A DNA stretch of 64,000 nt, taken from assembly GCA_009838915.1 (NCBI GenBank), contig VXQT01000013.1, positions 315,161 to 379,160 on the forward strand, written 5' to 3'. The notes under the pieces were generated by a model. The model was not told the DNA's origin. It searched no databases and saw nothing but the letters and a program-made list of their open reading frames with translations. The stretch comes from Chloroflexota bacterium (lineage in GTDB: Bacteria > Chloroflexota > Dehalococcoidia > Bin125). Positions 1 through 9,766 of the stretch are shown piece by piece. The first letter of the stretch is position 1. Every line of letters starts with the position of its first letter. A program made the position numbers and the translations under genes.

Positions 1-1296
1 GCTGTCCAGTCCCGCCGGCACTGCGATCGCCGGCGACTGGATCAAGTTGGCCAGCGGCGTGTACAGAATCGATGTCGTCCAGGGACTGACATGCTTTCCT
101 GCTATGAAGTCGATACTCTCGCCGTGGCGCAGCGCGGAGATGGCGCTGGTTGGTGTCAACAGGATGTCGTACTGCTGAAACCACGCCCGCATGCGGCGCT
201 GCAACATATCGAGGTCGGCATACGCCTGAGCGACCTGAACCCCGGTCAACGAACGACCGCGCCTGAGACTGCCTTGCGTGTAGTCGCTCAGATCCTCTTC
301 GCGGCCAACGCACAGCGGTCCATAGTTGGCTGCCGCGCCAACGGCCGAGAGCGTTGGAAACACCTCATTAGGATCAGCGATCGGCGGCGAGGCTTCTTCG
401 ACCCTTGCGCCGCTGCCGGACAACAGCGCGGCGGCCCGTTCGACACGCTGCGCAATTTCCGGTTCGCACGGCGTTGGCCAACCCAGTTGCGTCGTCCAGG
501 CAACTCGAAGTCCCTTGACATCTTCTTGCTCGATGCTGTGGAACCAGCTGTGATACCCATCTCGATATGCGATCGGGTCGGAGTGCGCATCATCGCTCAT
601 GGCCGTCATCATCATCGCAATGTCCACGACTGATCGCGCTAGCACGCCGTCGCTCGATATCTGAGACATCCCTGCGCCGCGGCTGCGTCGGGGAATCCGT
701 CGCCCCGTGGGCTTGAACCCGAACACACCGCAGCAGGCGGCGGGAACGCGAACCGAGCCGCCGCCGTCGGTGCCGTGATGCAACGGGCCGTATCCGGCCG
801 CGCAGGCCGCAGCCGCGCCGCCGCTCGAGCCGCCGGCGGTGCGTTCGATGTTCCAGGGATTCGCGGTCGGCGCTCCCAGACGATTCATCGTCTGTGCGGC
901 CAATCCGAACTCCGACGTGTTGGTCTTGCCCAGGAATACGGCGCCAGCCTCCCGCAGGCGTTCAATGAACAGCTCGTCGCGGGCGGCCGGTTGTCGCGAG
1001 GTGACCAGCGATCCCATGGTCGTCGGCGCGCCCTGCACGTCGACCAGGTCCTTGATCGTGATTGGAATGCCCAGCAACGCAGGCGGCTCGTCCGACTCAC
1101 ATAACCGCCACTCCCGCGCAGCGAGCTTGGCCTGCGACCGCGCCTCCTCCCGAGTCTGCGTGATGAACGCGCGCAGCAACGGCTCGAGGCGGTCAATGCG
1201 TTCGTACAGGGCGTCGACCACCTCGATCGGCGACAGACTCCGCGCGTCGTATGCCGCGCGCAGATCGGCAGCCGAAAGCTCGTGAATCTCAGGCAC
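1..1296 (-). CDS. Amidase (amidase-signature family), partial; C-terminal end lies beyond the window edge
   Basis: The minus-strand frame is open from the GTG at 1296 to position 1 and translates to VPEIHELSAADLRAAY...GGSSGGAAAA...DILLTPTSAISAL, with the GGSSGG amidase signature. The GTG overlaps the TAG stop of the upstream peptidase (TAGTG). It is absent from the ORF track because no stop falls inside the window. Confidence 0.8.
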   Translation of the reverse strand, partial: MPEIHELSAADLRAAYDARSLSPIEVVDALYERIDRLEPLLRAFITQTREEARSQAKLAAREWRLCESDEPPALLGIPITIKDLVDVQGAPTTMGSLVTSRQPAARDELFIERLREAGAVFLGKTNTSEFGLAAQTMNRLGAPTANPWNIERTAGGSSGGAAAACAAGYGPLHHGTDGGGSVRVPAACCGVFGFKPTGRRIPRRSRGAGMSQISSDGVLARSVVDIAMMMTAMSDDAHSDPIAYRDGYHSWFHSIEQEDVKGLRVAWTTQLGWPTPCEPEIAQRVERAAALLSGSGARVEEASPPIADPNEVFPTLSAVGAAANYGPLCVGREEDLSDYTQGSLRRGRSLTGVQVAQAYADLDMLQRRMRAWFQQYDILLTPTSAISALRHGESIDFIAGKHVSPWTTSILYTPLANLIQSPAIAVPAGLDS

Positions 1297-3266
1297 TACA
1301 GGTTCTCAATCTCGACCGGCTCGATCTCCCCGGCCGGACTAAAGCCGAAGATGCGGCCGTAGAAGTCGAGCTCCGCCTCCGTCGCGCGCTGAATGTTGGC
1401 CGCCTGGCGGAATCCGTGCTGCTCGCCCTCGAAGGCGATGTAGGCGACCGGCAGACCCTTCTTGCGCAGCGCGTCCACCATCCGTTCTGCCTGGTTGGGC
1501 GGCACGATCTTGTCCTCCAGCCCTTGCAAGAAGATGACCGGGCAGGAGAGCCGGTCGACGGAGTGAATCGGGGAGCGCTGCTCGTACAGCTCGGCTCGTT
1601 CGGGGTACGGCCCGATAAGCGAGTCGAGGTAGCGCGACTCGAACTTGTGCGTGTCCTCTGCCAGCGCGGCGGCGTCCGAAACGCCGTAGTAGGACGCGCC
1701 GGCGGTGAAGACTTCGCCGAACGTGAGCGCGCAGAGCGTGGTGTAGCCGCCCGCCGAGCCGCCGCGGATCGCCAACCGATTCGGGTCGACATCGCCCCGC
1801 TCGACCAGGTACCGAGCCGCCGCTTCGCAGTCTTCGCGGTCGGCGATGCCCCAGTTGCCGTTGAGTTGGCGCCGGTACTCGGTGCCGTAACCGGTCGAAC
1901 CTCGATAGTTGACGTCTACCACGGCGAAGCCTCGGGTGGTCCAGAACTGGATCGCCAGAGCGAAGCCCGGGTTGGTCGCGCTGGTCGGTCCACCGTGGAT
2001 GAACGTCACCAGCGGCGGCAGTTCGTCTTCGGGACCCGCGAAGTCTGGATTGTTCGGCGCGTAGTAGTAGGCATGCGATACCAGGCCGCCGGCGGTGGGG
2101 TAGGTGATTGCTTCGGCCTGGGAGAAGTAGGCAGCGTCGACATCGGGCGCCGCCGACGCGCGCAGCGTTTCGATCTCTCCTGAATCAACGTCGATGGCCA
2201 CAATCGCCGCGCCGACGTCGGGTCCGGCTGCGGCGCAAATGGCGCGGGGGCCGACCGCAGCAGTGAAAAACCCGAAGGTGCTGAACGGCGTATCGAGTTC
2301 TCTCAGTTCTCCCTCTTCCACGTCAATCACGCCGAGCCGGCGGCCATCCTCATTGCCGTACTGCGCCACGATGCAACACTCGTCCATAACGGCGTAGCTG
2401 GACATCGAGAACTCCCATTGCGGCTGACCGAACTCGGCATCAATCGGCAGGACGGAGACGAGTTCCGTGCCGGTCCAGCGCTGGATGTTCCACCAACCCG
2501 ACTCGTCCGAGACGCAGTACAGCGTCCCGTCCGGGCCCCACTGGGGCTCGATGATCGAGACGTTGCCCTTCGCGTCGCCGGCGATTCGGCGTGGAGACAA
2601 CAGCGAGCCGCTGGCCGCGACCTCGGCGAGCCACAGTTCGGTCGCGTCCCAGGGCATGTTTGGGTGATTCCAACAAATCCAGGCCAGTCGCCGGCCGTCG
2701 GGACTCAGCCGGGGAGAAGAACAGAAGTCGAAGCCTTCGTGCAGCCGGGTAATGTCGTCTGCATCGGACGCGCTGCCGTCGGTCGAGATCGAGGCCAGGT
2801 AGTTCTCCGCCTCCAGTCCCTCGCGGCGGTGATCTTCGGCCACACAGATCAGCCGCCCGCGTTCGTCGTCAACTGTCGCATCCGCATAGCGGACCGCGAT
2901 CTCGGGAGTCAACGGCGTCGGTTCGCCCGAGCCGTCCACGTCGCGTCGATAGAGACGCTGGTCGCTGAAGTTGGAGAAGTAGGCGACACCGTCTGACACT
3001 GCGAGCGAGCCGCCGCCGTACTCGTGGACCAGCGTGCGGGCGCTGAAGTCAGGTGTAGTGATCTCGCTCAGTTCGCCCGATGCGGAATAGCGCATCGCGG
3101 CGTAGCGGCCGCGCTCGTCCGGTCGGGACTCGACCCAATAGAGGTCGTCGCCGTCAACATCGAGCTCATCGAAACGCAGCGCGCCCTGGGTCAGCATCTC
3201 GGTCTTGACTGGCGATTCCCAGGAACCGTACGGCGCAGGTGTTGGTTTGCCCGGGTGTTCACTCAT
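1296..3266 (-). CDS. S9 family serine peptidase (prolyl oligopeptidase/acylaminoacyl-peptidase type, beta-propeller + alpha/beta hydrolase)
   Basis: Same frame as track ORF 1296..3413, with the start reassigned to MSEHPGKPT (ATG at 3266). Nucleophile motif GGSAGGYTT and a C-terminal ...FEGEQHGF catalytic region. Confidence 0.85.
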   Translation of the reverse strand: MSEHPGKPTPAPYGSWESPVKTEMLTQGALRFDELDVDGDDLYWVESRPDERGRYAAMRYSASGELSEITTPDFSARTLVHEYGGGSLAVSDGVAYFSNFSDQRLYRRDVDGSGEPTPLTPEIAVRYADATVDDERGRLICVAEDHRREGLEAENYLASISTDGSASDADDITRLHEGFDFCSSPRLSPDGRRLAWICWNHPNMPWDATELWLAEVAASGSLLSPRRIAGDAKGNVSIIEPQWGPDGTLYCVSDESGWWNIQRWTGTELVSVLPIDAEFGQPQWEFSMSSYAVMDECCIVAQYGNEDGRRLGVIDVEEGELRELDTPFSTFGFFTAAVGPRAICAAAGPDVGAAIVAIDVDSGEIETLRASAAPDVDAAYFSQAEAITYPTAGGLVSHAYYYAPNNPDFAGPEDELPPLVTFIHGGPTSATNPGFALAIQFWTTRGFAVVDVNYRGSTGYGTEYRRQLNGNWGIADREDCEAAARYLVERGDVDPNRLAIRGGSAGGYTTLCALTFGEVFTAGASYYGVSDAAALAEDTHKFESRYLDSLIGPYPERAELYEQRSPIHSVDRLSCPVIFLQGLEDKIVPPNQAERMVDALRKKGLPVAYIAFEGEQHGFRQAANIQRATEAELDFYGRIFGFSPAGEIEPVEIENL

Positions 3267-3354
3267 CGTTGCCCTATCTCTCCAGAAACCTGCAATCATC
3301 GTAGGCGAGGATCTGAGATCAGCTCGCGCAGGCACACCGCGAGGGGGATGAGAC

Positions 3355-6237
3355 GTGACCTCACAACAACCGGCGAGGGTCCGCACGACGATTGAGGCGG
3401 CGGCCCAAGCCAATCAAGACCGCCGTCTGGTGGACGCCCCGTTGGCGGCAGATGTGCGACTGCTCAGCAGCATGCTGGGCAACACGATTCGCCGCGTCGA
3501 CGGCGAAGAGGTATTCAACGCGGTCGAGCAACTGCGCGGCCTTGCACAGCGTCGCCGCGGTGTTCGCCAGGATCCGGAGCCCCAGCTCACCGCCGAGATC
3601 GTGGAACTGGTGCATGGATGGCCGCTCTGGTTGGCGGCGGAGGTTGGAAATGCGTTCCTTACCTACTTCCTGCTGACCAACACCGCCGAGGAAGCGCACC
3701 GCATTAGACGCCGACGCCTGCGTTCCGGCAACAACCATGTCGCGCCGCGATCGCTGTCTGCAGTTGTAGAGCAGCTCCTGGCGCGCGGATTCGATGATGC
3801 GATGATTCGCGCACAGGCGGCCGGGATCCACCTGCAACCGGTGTTCACTGCCCATCCGACCGAGTCCCAGCGGTTGACCATGTTGGGGACACTCCAGGAT
3901 GTGCATCAACTCCTGCTCGAACGCGAGCATGCGATCTCGGCCGAGCTGGAGGAAATCGACGCCGCGCTGCGAACCCACATCGAAGGGCTTTGGCAAGCCG
4001 ATCACCTGCGCCACCGCCGACCGACGGTGTTGGAAGAGTCCCGGCTGCTGCTGCGCACCTTTGAAACCACGCTTTGGGACGCGGTGCCGGACGTGACCGC
4101 GCGATTCCGTCACGCGACCGGCGTTACCGCGTCGGAGTCGCCGGCGCCCGTGGTGCTCGGTTCGTGGATGGGCGGCGACGCCGACGGCAATCCGAACGTG
4201 ACCCCGGACCTGACCTGGCAGACCGCTCTGACCATGCGCGCGCGGGTGCTTCGGTTGCATGTCCAGGCGGTCCGCGCGATGGACACCATGCTTCCGCACT
4301 CCGCTCGCCGCGTGTCATCTTCGGCCGGCCTGGAGGAATCGCTCAGGCGTGACGAGCGGCGTATGCCTCGGATCGAGGAACGACTCAAGCACCGCAATCA
4401 AGCCGAGCGATATCGGCACAAGATTCGCTACATGTCGGCAAGGTTGCAGGCCACGCTCGAAGCCGACTACGCGCTGCTCGACACTCGGGCCGCAAACGTC
4501 CATGACGCGCGGCTGGACTCCGAGGAACCCGACGGTGTGCCCTACGACTCCGCGCAGGAGTTCGTCAGCGACCTTGAGTCGATCTCTGAGAGCCTGCGGC
4601 TGCACGGTGCAGACGCTGCTGCAGACACCGTGGTCCAGCCGCTCATTGACCGCGCCCGCGCCTTCGGGTTTCACCTCGCGGCACTTGACATCCGCGATCA
4701 CGCCGATCGCTTCCATGCTGCGGCCAATGCGGTACTCGAGGGACTCGACATTCAGCCGCCGGGCGGCAGTTACCTCGAGCTGGACAAGTCGCAGCGCGAG
4801 GAGTTCCTGGCCGGCGAGTTGGACCGCGACTACTTCCCGGTGGGCCACGCCATGTCGACGCACGACGACGAAACGCTGCGCCGCTTCCGCACCGCCCGAC
4901 GCATTCAACGCATCTGCGGACCGGAGGCAATGCAGACCTGCATCGTCTCGATGAGCGAGACCGCTGCCGACGTGCTCGCGCCGGTGCTGGTCGCAAGGCA
5001 GGCAGGCCTGAACGACATCGACCTACGCGCGCCCGGCGGACAGATTCGGATCGCGCCGCTGTTCGAGCGCGTCGCCGACCTCGACCGAGCGCCGGGAGTG
5101 TTGCGCTCGCTGTTCTCACACGAGGCCTACAGGCGGCATCTCCGCGCGCACGACAACCTGCAAGAAGTGATGGTCGGCTACTCGGACTCGGCCAAGGACG
5201 CCGGCGTGCTGCCCTCGCTCTGGGGTCTCTACCGGGCGCAGGACCTGATGCACGAGGTCGCGCGGGAGGCCGGCATCAAGCTGATGTTCTTCCACGGCCG
5301 CGGCGGCACCGTAAGCCGCGGCGGCGGGCCCTCGCACGACGCCATCCTCGCCCTGCCGCCGCACACCACCGAGGGCGGGATCAAGTTCACTGAGCAGGGC
5401 GAGATGATCCAATTCACCTACGGGATGCCCGGGCTGGCCAAGTGGAATCTTGAGCAGTCCCTGGCGGCGTCGCTGGTGAAACGCTTCGATCGTGATCATG
5501 ACGACACACCCGATGCCGAGCGGGAGCGCTATCACGCCGCAATGGACGAGCTCTCGGAGATTGCCGAGCACGCATATCGGTCAAATGTGGTCGACAACCC
5601 CGAACTGCACGCCTACTTCCAGCGGGTCACGCCGATCGGCATGCTGGGCAACCTGGCCATCGGCTCGCGCCCGACGTTCCGTCCCGGCTCGGACGCCTCG
5701 CTCACATCTCTACGTGCGATTCCATGGGTCTTTGCCTGGATGCAAACACGCCACGTGATCACGGGCTGGATGGGAGTCGGCACGGCGCTCGACGAGTTCA
5801 TCACGCGTCACGGGAGCCCTGGCGAATCCTTGCTCAAGGACATGCGCGACCGCTGGCCGTTCTTCGCCACGCTGCTCTCGAACGTAGAGATGGTGCTGGC
5901 CAAGGCGGACTTCGGCGTCGCCGAACACTACGCGCGCACGCTGGGGGACGGCGATCAGGATCTGCGCACGTTCGGACGCCTGCGCGACGAGTACGTGCGC
6001 ACCGTCGACATGGTCAACCGGCTGTCCGCTCAGGATCGCCTGCTGGACGAGTCGCCGGTGCTGCAACGCTCGATTGCGCTGCGCAACCCGTACGTCGACG
6101 CGCTGAGTTTTCTTCAGGTCGATCTGCTCGGTCGAATCCGAGACTTGCCGGAGAGCGACCCTGAGTATGCAGACACGCTGGAGGCCATCCTGCGCAGCGT
6201 CAACGGAGTCGCCGCCGGACTGCGAAACACCGGCTGA
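3355..6237 (+). CDS. ppc: Phosphoenolpyruvate carboxylase
   Basis: 960 aa; the PEPC signatures VFTAHPTE and FHGRGGTVSRGGGP and the C-terminal ...LRNTG are present. GTG start preceded by GAGGGGGA. Confidence 0.93.
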   Translation: MTSQQPARVRTTIEAAAQANQDRRLVDAPLAADVRLLSSMLGNTIRRVDGEEVFNAVEQLRGLAQRRRGVRQDPEPQLTAEIVELVHGWPLWLAAEVGNAFLTYFLLTNTAEEAHRIRRRRLRSGNNHVAPRSLSAVVEQLLARGFDDAMIRAQAAGIHLQPVFTAHPTESQRLTMLGTLQDVHQLLLEREHAISAELEEIDAALRTHIEGLWQADHLRHRRPTVLEESRLLLRTFETTLWDAVPDVTARFRHATGVTASESPAPVVLGSWMGGDADGNPNVTPDLTWQTALTMRARVLRLHVQAVRAMDTMLPHSARRVSSSAGLEESLRRDERRMPRIEERLKHRNQAERYRHKIRYMSARLQATLEADYALLDTRAANVHDARLDSEEPDGVPYDSAQEFVSDLESISESLRLHGADAAADTVVQPLIDRARAFGFHLAALDIRDHADRFHAAANAVLEGLDIQPPGGSYLELDKSQREEFLAGELDRDYFPVGHAMSTHDDETLRRFRTARRIQRICGPEAMQTCIVSMSETAADVLAPVLVARQAGLNDIDLRAPGGQIRIAPLFERVADLDRAPGVLRSLFSHEAYRRHLRAHDNLQEVMVGYSDSAKDAGVLPSLWGLYRAQDLMHEVAREAGIKLMFFHGRGGTVSRGGGPSHDAILALPPHTTEGGIKFTEQGEMIQFTYGMPGLAKWNLEQSLAASLVKRFDRDHDDTPDAERERYHAAMDELSEIAEHAYRSNVVDNPELHAYFQRVTPIGMLGNLAIGSRPTFRPGSDASLTSLRAIPWVFAWMQTRHVITGWMGVGTALDEFITRHGSPGESLLKDMRDRWPFFATLLSNVEMVLAKADFGVAEHYARTLGDGDQDLRTFGRLRDEYVRTVDMVNRLSAQDRLLDESPVLQRSIALRNPYVDALSFLQVDLLGRIRDLPESDPEYADTLEAILRSVNGVAAGLRNTG

Positions 6238-6281
6238 CTTACTCCGCAGGCTGCGAGACCTCCGAAAGCGGCGGAACGGCT

Positions 6282-6944
6282 CTATCGCTTGAGCAGCAGG
6301 GTCAGCCCATCGCCGACTGTGAGCTGCACCGAATCGACACGTGGATCGTCGGTCACTCGTCGATTGAACGCGTCGATCGCTTTCGTGTCCGCATCGTTCG
6401 CCTCGGGATCGGCGACCTGGCCGCCCCAGAGGGTGTTGTCGACGGCGATCAGACCGCCCGGACGCAGCAGGTCGAGCGCAGCCTCGAAGTAACTCCAGAT
6501 CGGTTCCTTGTCCGCATCGATGAAGGCGAAGTCGAAGTTGCCTCCGCCCTCTCGCCGCAACTTGCCGAGTGTGTCGAGCGCGGGGCCGAGACGCAGGTCG
6601 ATCTTGTCGGCGACCCCGGCGTCGGCCCAGTAGCGCCTCGCGATTGTGGTCCATTCCTCGCTCATGTCACAGGCGATGACGCGGCCGTCGTCCGGCAGCG
6701 CCTGGGCGACCGCCAGCGCGGATGCGCCGGTGAAAGTGCCGATCTCCAGGGTGCGTCGCGCACCGATCAGGCGGACCAGCCAGCTGAGCAGCCGCGCCTG
6801 GTCGGCGCCGATCTGCATGCCGCCCGCGGGCAGCGCCGAGGTCTCCGCTCGAAGGCGCTGCCAGGTGTCGTCTTCCCTGGTCGAAGCCTCCTCCATGTAC
6901 GACGTGAGCTCCGCAGTGATGTGGATCGAGCGGATTGAAGTCAT
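6282..6944 (-). CDS. Class I SAM-dependent O-methyltransferase (family 3, caffeoyl-CoA OMT-like)
   Basis: Motifs TLEIGTFTGASAL and FDFAFIDADK. Start reassigned to MTSIRS (ATG 6944), which has a GGAGG ribosome-binding site 6 nt upstream. Confidence 0.8.
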   Translation of the reverse strand: MTSIRSIHITAELTSYMEEASTREDDTWQRLRAETSALPAGGMQIGADQARLLSWLVRLIGARRTLEIGTFTGASALAVAQALPDDGRVIACDMSEEWTTIARRYWADAGVADKIDLRLGPALDTLGKLRREGGGNFDFAFIDADKEPIWSYFEAALDLLRPGGLIAVDNTLWGGQVADPEANDADTKAIDAFNRRVTDDPRVDSVQLTVGDGLTLLLKR

Positions 6945-7070
6945 GTGACCCTCCGTAACCAAATCACGAGACTGCCCCCAAATGGTTGCATGATGGACCG
7001 ATCCCGATAACACTATCGACTTAGTTGATTAAACAGCAGTTCGGTCTAGCAACAAGGAGAGGGCAGGGAC

Positions 7071-7388
7071 ATGGCCAACGACAAACCGAAGACGAAGGTC
7101 CAGATAGCGAAGGCGATCGAGGAAAAGACGGGAATCGCCAGCCGCGACGTCAACGAGGTGCTCGATGGCCTCGCGGACGTGGTGCTGGAGGACCTGTCCA
7201 GCGGAGGTCCCGGCTCGGTGACCGTCGCCGGCCTGATCAAGGTGGACATCGTCGCGCAGACGGCGCGCCCGGAGCGCGAGGGTCGCAACCCGGCCACCGG
7301 CGAGACGATCACCATTGCCGCGCGGCCTGCACTGGATCGCGGAAAGGTACGCGTGCGAGCGCTCAAGCGCCTCCGCGACGTGCTCTAG
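7071..7388 (+). CDS. hup: HU family nucleoid-associated DNA-binding protein
   Basis: 105 aa, ...RNPATGETITIAARP... HU/IHF arm motif. Ribosome-binding site GGAGAGGG. It lies inside the spurious N-terminal extension of track ORF 7025..8599. Confidence 0.85.
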   Translation: MANDKPKTKVQIAKAIEEKTGIASRDVNEVLDGLADVVLEDLSSGGPGSVTVAGLIKVDIVAQTARPEREGRNPATGETITIAARPALDRGKVRVRALKRLRDVL

Positions 7389-7405
7389 CCGCCGCTGCGA
7401 CATCA

Positions 7406-8599
7406 ATGTCATCCCTTCCTGCTGCGAACGACGCCGGAAGGGAACTGATCGAGCGTCTGACTCCGCATCGGGAGCAGCTGGCGGATCTCGCGATCACGCA
7501 TGACCGCGAGGCCTCGTTTCCGTTTGCGTCCTTCGAATTGCTGCGCGAGATCGGCTGGTTCTCCGCGCCCATCCCGCGCGAGTACGGCGGCGACGAGTGT
7601 TCGCTGACCGATCTCGTCGCCGCACAGACTGCGCTGGCCAAGATCGATATGGCGCTCGCCTTCTCCTGCGGCATGCACCTGATGTCGGTTGGATCGGAGC
7701 GTTCGAATCGCAACTGGCCTGACCAGCTGCGCGAGCGCATCTTCCGCTCCGTCGTGGAGGACGGCGCACTCTGCAACCAGGTTGCGACGGAGCCCGATCT
7801 GGGTTCGCCGCAGGGCGGCGGACGCCCACAGACAGCGCTCACGCCGGGCGGACCGGGTCGCTGGCGGATCAACGGACGCAAGTCCTTCACCACGCTCGCG
7901 CCCGCGCTGACCTGGTTCCTGACCTACTGCGCAATCGAGGACGGATCGGGAATGCTCGCGCGGGTGGCCGTGCATCGCGACTCGCCCGGCTTGCGGATTG
8001 AAGAGACCTGGGACGTCGTCGGATTGCGATCAACAGGTTCGCACGATGTCTGGTACGAAGACGTTGCGGTGACGGACGACGAGTTTCTGGTTCGCCAGGA
8101 TCCCTCGCAGGCGGGCCAACGGCATGGCGACTTCGCCTGGTTCGCGCTGCTCGTCGCGGCGGCCTCGTTGGGCGTCGCGGAGGCCGCGCGCGACTACACG
8201 GTCGAGTTCGCGCGTCATCGTCGGCCTACGGGCGCGCCCGGCCCCATCGGCAGCATACCCATCGTGCGGGCACAGGTCGGCGAGATCGACCTTCGTCTGA
8301 TGTCGGCGCGGGCGCTGCTGCATGAAACCGCATCGGCATGGGATCGACTCGACGACGAGCAGCGCTACCAGCTCGGTCCGCGAGTCGCCGCGGCCAAGCT
8401 GCACGCCGGGGACATCGCCGTGGACGTGGTTGACCGCTGCATGAGACTGGTCGGCGGCGTTTCGCTGCACCGCTCGCAGCCGCTGGAGCGCTACTACCGA
8501 GACGTGCGAGGACCGCTGCACAACCCGCCGATCACGCCGCGCGGCCTCGAACTGATCGCCGCTGATGCGCTCGATCCGCTGCCCGACGTTGACTTGTAG
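7406..8599 (+). CDS. Acyl-CoA dehydrogenase family protein
   Basis: Same frame as track ORF 7025..8599; the true start is MSSLPAANDAG (ATG 7406) just after the HU stop. Acyl-CoA dehydrogenase-like N-terminal and middle/C-terminal regions (...YGGDECSLTDLVAAQ..., ...RCMRLVGGVSLHRSQPLERYYRDVR...). Confidence 0.8.
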   Translation: MSSLPAANDAGRELIERLTPHREQLADLAITHDREASFPFASFELLREIGWFSAPIPREYGGDECSLTDLVAAQTALAKIDMALAFSCGMHLMSVGSERSNRNWPDQLRERIFRSVVEDGALCNQVATEPDLGSPQGGGRPQTALTPGGPGRWRINGRKSFTTLAPALTWFLTYCAIEDGSGMLARVAVHRDSPGLRIEETWDVVGLRSTGSHDVWYEDVAVTDDEFLVRQDPSQAGQRHGDFAWFALLVAAASLGVAEAARDYTVEFARHRRPTGAPGPIGSIPIVRAQVGEIDLRLMSARALLHETASAWDRLDDEQRYQLGPRVAAAKLHAGDIAVDVVDRCMRLVGGVSLHRSQPLERYYRDVRGPLHNPPITPRGLELIAADALDPLPDVDL

Positions 8600-9748
8600 C
8601 TACTTCTTGAACGTCGAGAGCAGTCGCTCGGCAATACCCAGCCGTTGTTGGTCCAGCCCACCGGCTGTCAGTCTGAGCCACCGTACTTCGCGCGCCCATC
8701 GCTCCAGCGGCAGATCGGCGGAGCCGCCGGCCGGACCGTGCAGCTGCATCGCCCGATCGACAACAGTGTTGGCCGCATCCAGGGCGAAGGCCAATGCGGG
8801 CAGCGCCTGTTCCTCGAGCTCTTCGGCCGCCGAGAGATAGAGCGCGCGGGACGCGGATATGGCGATCTCGTTGTCGGCGAGGGCAAGTCTAGCCCGCTCG
8901 CCCTGCGCGAGCGGCGCTCCGTGTTCTCGACGCGACCAGACCACGCCTCGGCACATATCCTGGGCGGCCGACGCGATGCCAGTCAGATGCGCCGCCGTGA
9001 ACAGCCGTCGGCGCAGGACCAGGCCGTTGGCGAACGCCGGTCCGGCGTTGACCTCGCCCAAGACGTTCGACTCCGGCAGCTTCACCGCCGAGAGGTTCAG
9101 TTCCATCGTGTCGCGGCCCGTCGCGATTGTCGGCCAGGGTCTCCAGCGCTGAAAGCCCACTCGATCACACTCGACCACAATCGCAGAGATTCCCGACCGC
9201 TCGCCGGGCGTCTCCTCGGTGTTGCAGTAGACGATGCCGAAGTCGGCATTTGCGGCGTCGGCGACGAACAGCTTGGTGCCGTCCAGCATCCAACCCAACG
9301 GATGTCTCTGCGCCCGGATCCGCACGCCGTCGGTGGGCAGGAACGCGAGATCGGGGTCTTCCAGACCGCGGAAACACGACGCTTCGCGGCGCAGGAGCGG
9401 TTCGAGGAGTCGCGCACGCTGATCGTCGTCGCCGGCGTAGAGCTGCGGCGGCGGGTCGGGATCAAAGAGGCCATAGGCTGGATTGAGCGCGCCCGCTCGA
9501 TGCTGGGAGAGCTCTTCGGCGATGCGCAGGCGGTCGCCGTCCGGCAGATCGATCTGCGGACCTACCGATGCGCCGCGCGGCGCCATCAGGTGGTCAATGC
9601 CGAGCTCGCCCGCCCGTGCGAGCAGCGTGTCGAAGACGTCGTCCGGCAGGCGCGCGGCGTTGGCGTCGATCCGGCGCTCCTGCAGCCAGATTTCGTTGCG
9701 GACAAAGCGGCGAACGGCTTGAACGATCAGATCAAGTGATTCGCTCAC
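8600..9748 (-). CDS. Acyl-CoA dehydrogenase family protein
   Basis: 382 aa with an acyl-CoA dehydrogenase C-terminal domain (...AAQDMCRGVVWSRREHGAPLAQ...AMQLHGPAGG...). GTG start with a GGTGAG ribosome-binding site. Tail-to-tail and abutting the acyl-CoA dehydrogenase at 7406-8599. Confidence 0.75.
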   Translation of the reverse strand: MSESLDLIVQAVRRFVRNEIWLQERRIDANAARLPDDVFDTLLARAGELGIDHLMAPRGASVGPQIDLPDGDRLRIAEELSQHRAGALNPAYGLFDPDPPPQLYAGDDDQRARLLEPLLRREASCFRGLEDPDLAFLPTDGVRIRAQRHPLGWMLDGTKLFVADAANADFGIVYCNTEETPGERSGISAIVVECDRVGFQRWRPWPTIATGRDTMELNLSAVKLPESNVLGEVNAGPAFANGLVLRRRLFTAAHLTGIASAAQDMCRGVVWSRREHGAPLAQGERARLALADNEIAISASRALYLSAAEELEEQALPALAFALDAANTVVDRAMQLHGPAGGSADLPLERWAREVRWLRLTAGGLDQQRLGIAERLLSTFKK

Positions 9749-9766
9749 GATCCACTCACCGTCCGC

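Noticed and set aside
7025-7405. N-terminal 127-aa extension of the acyl-CoA dehydrogenase ORF (MIKQQFGLATRRGQ...)
   Set aside because: It overlaps the complete HU gene in another frame and is Arg/Gly low-complexity. The acyl-CoA dehydrogenase homology starts at MSSLPAANDAG (7406).
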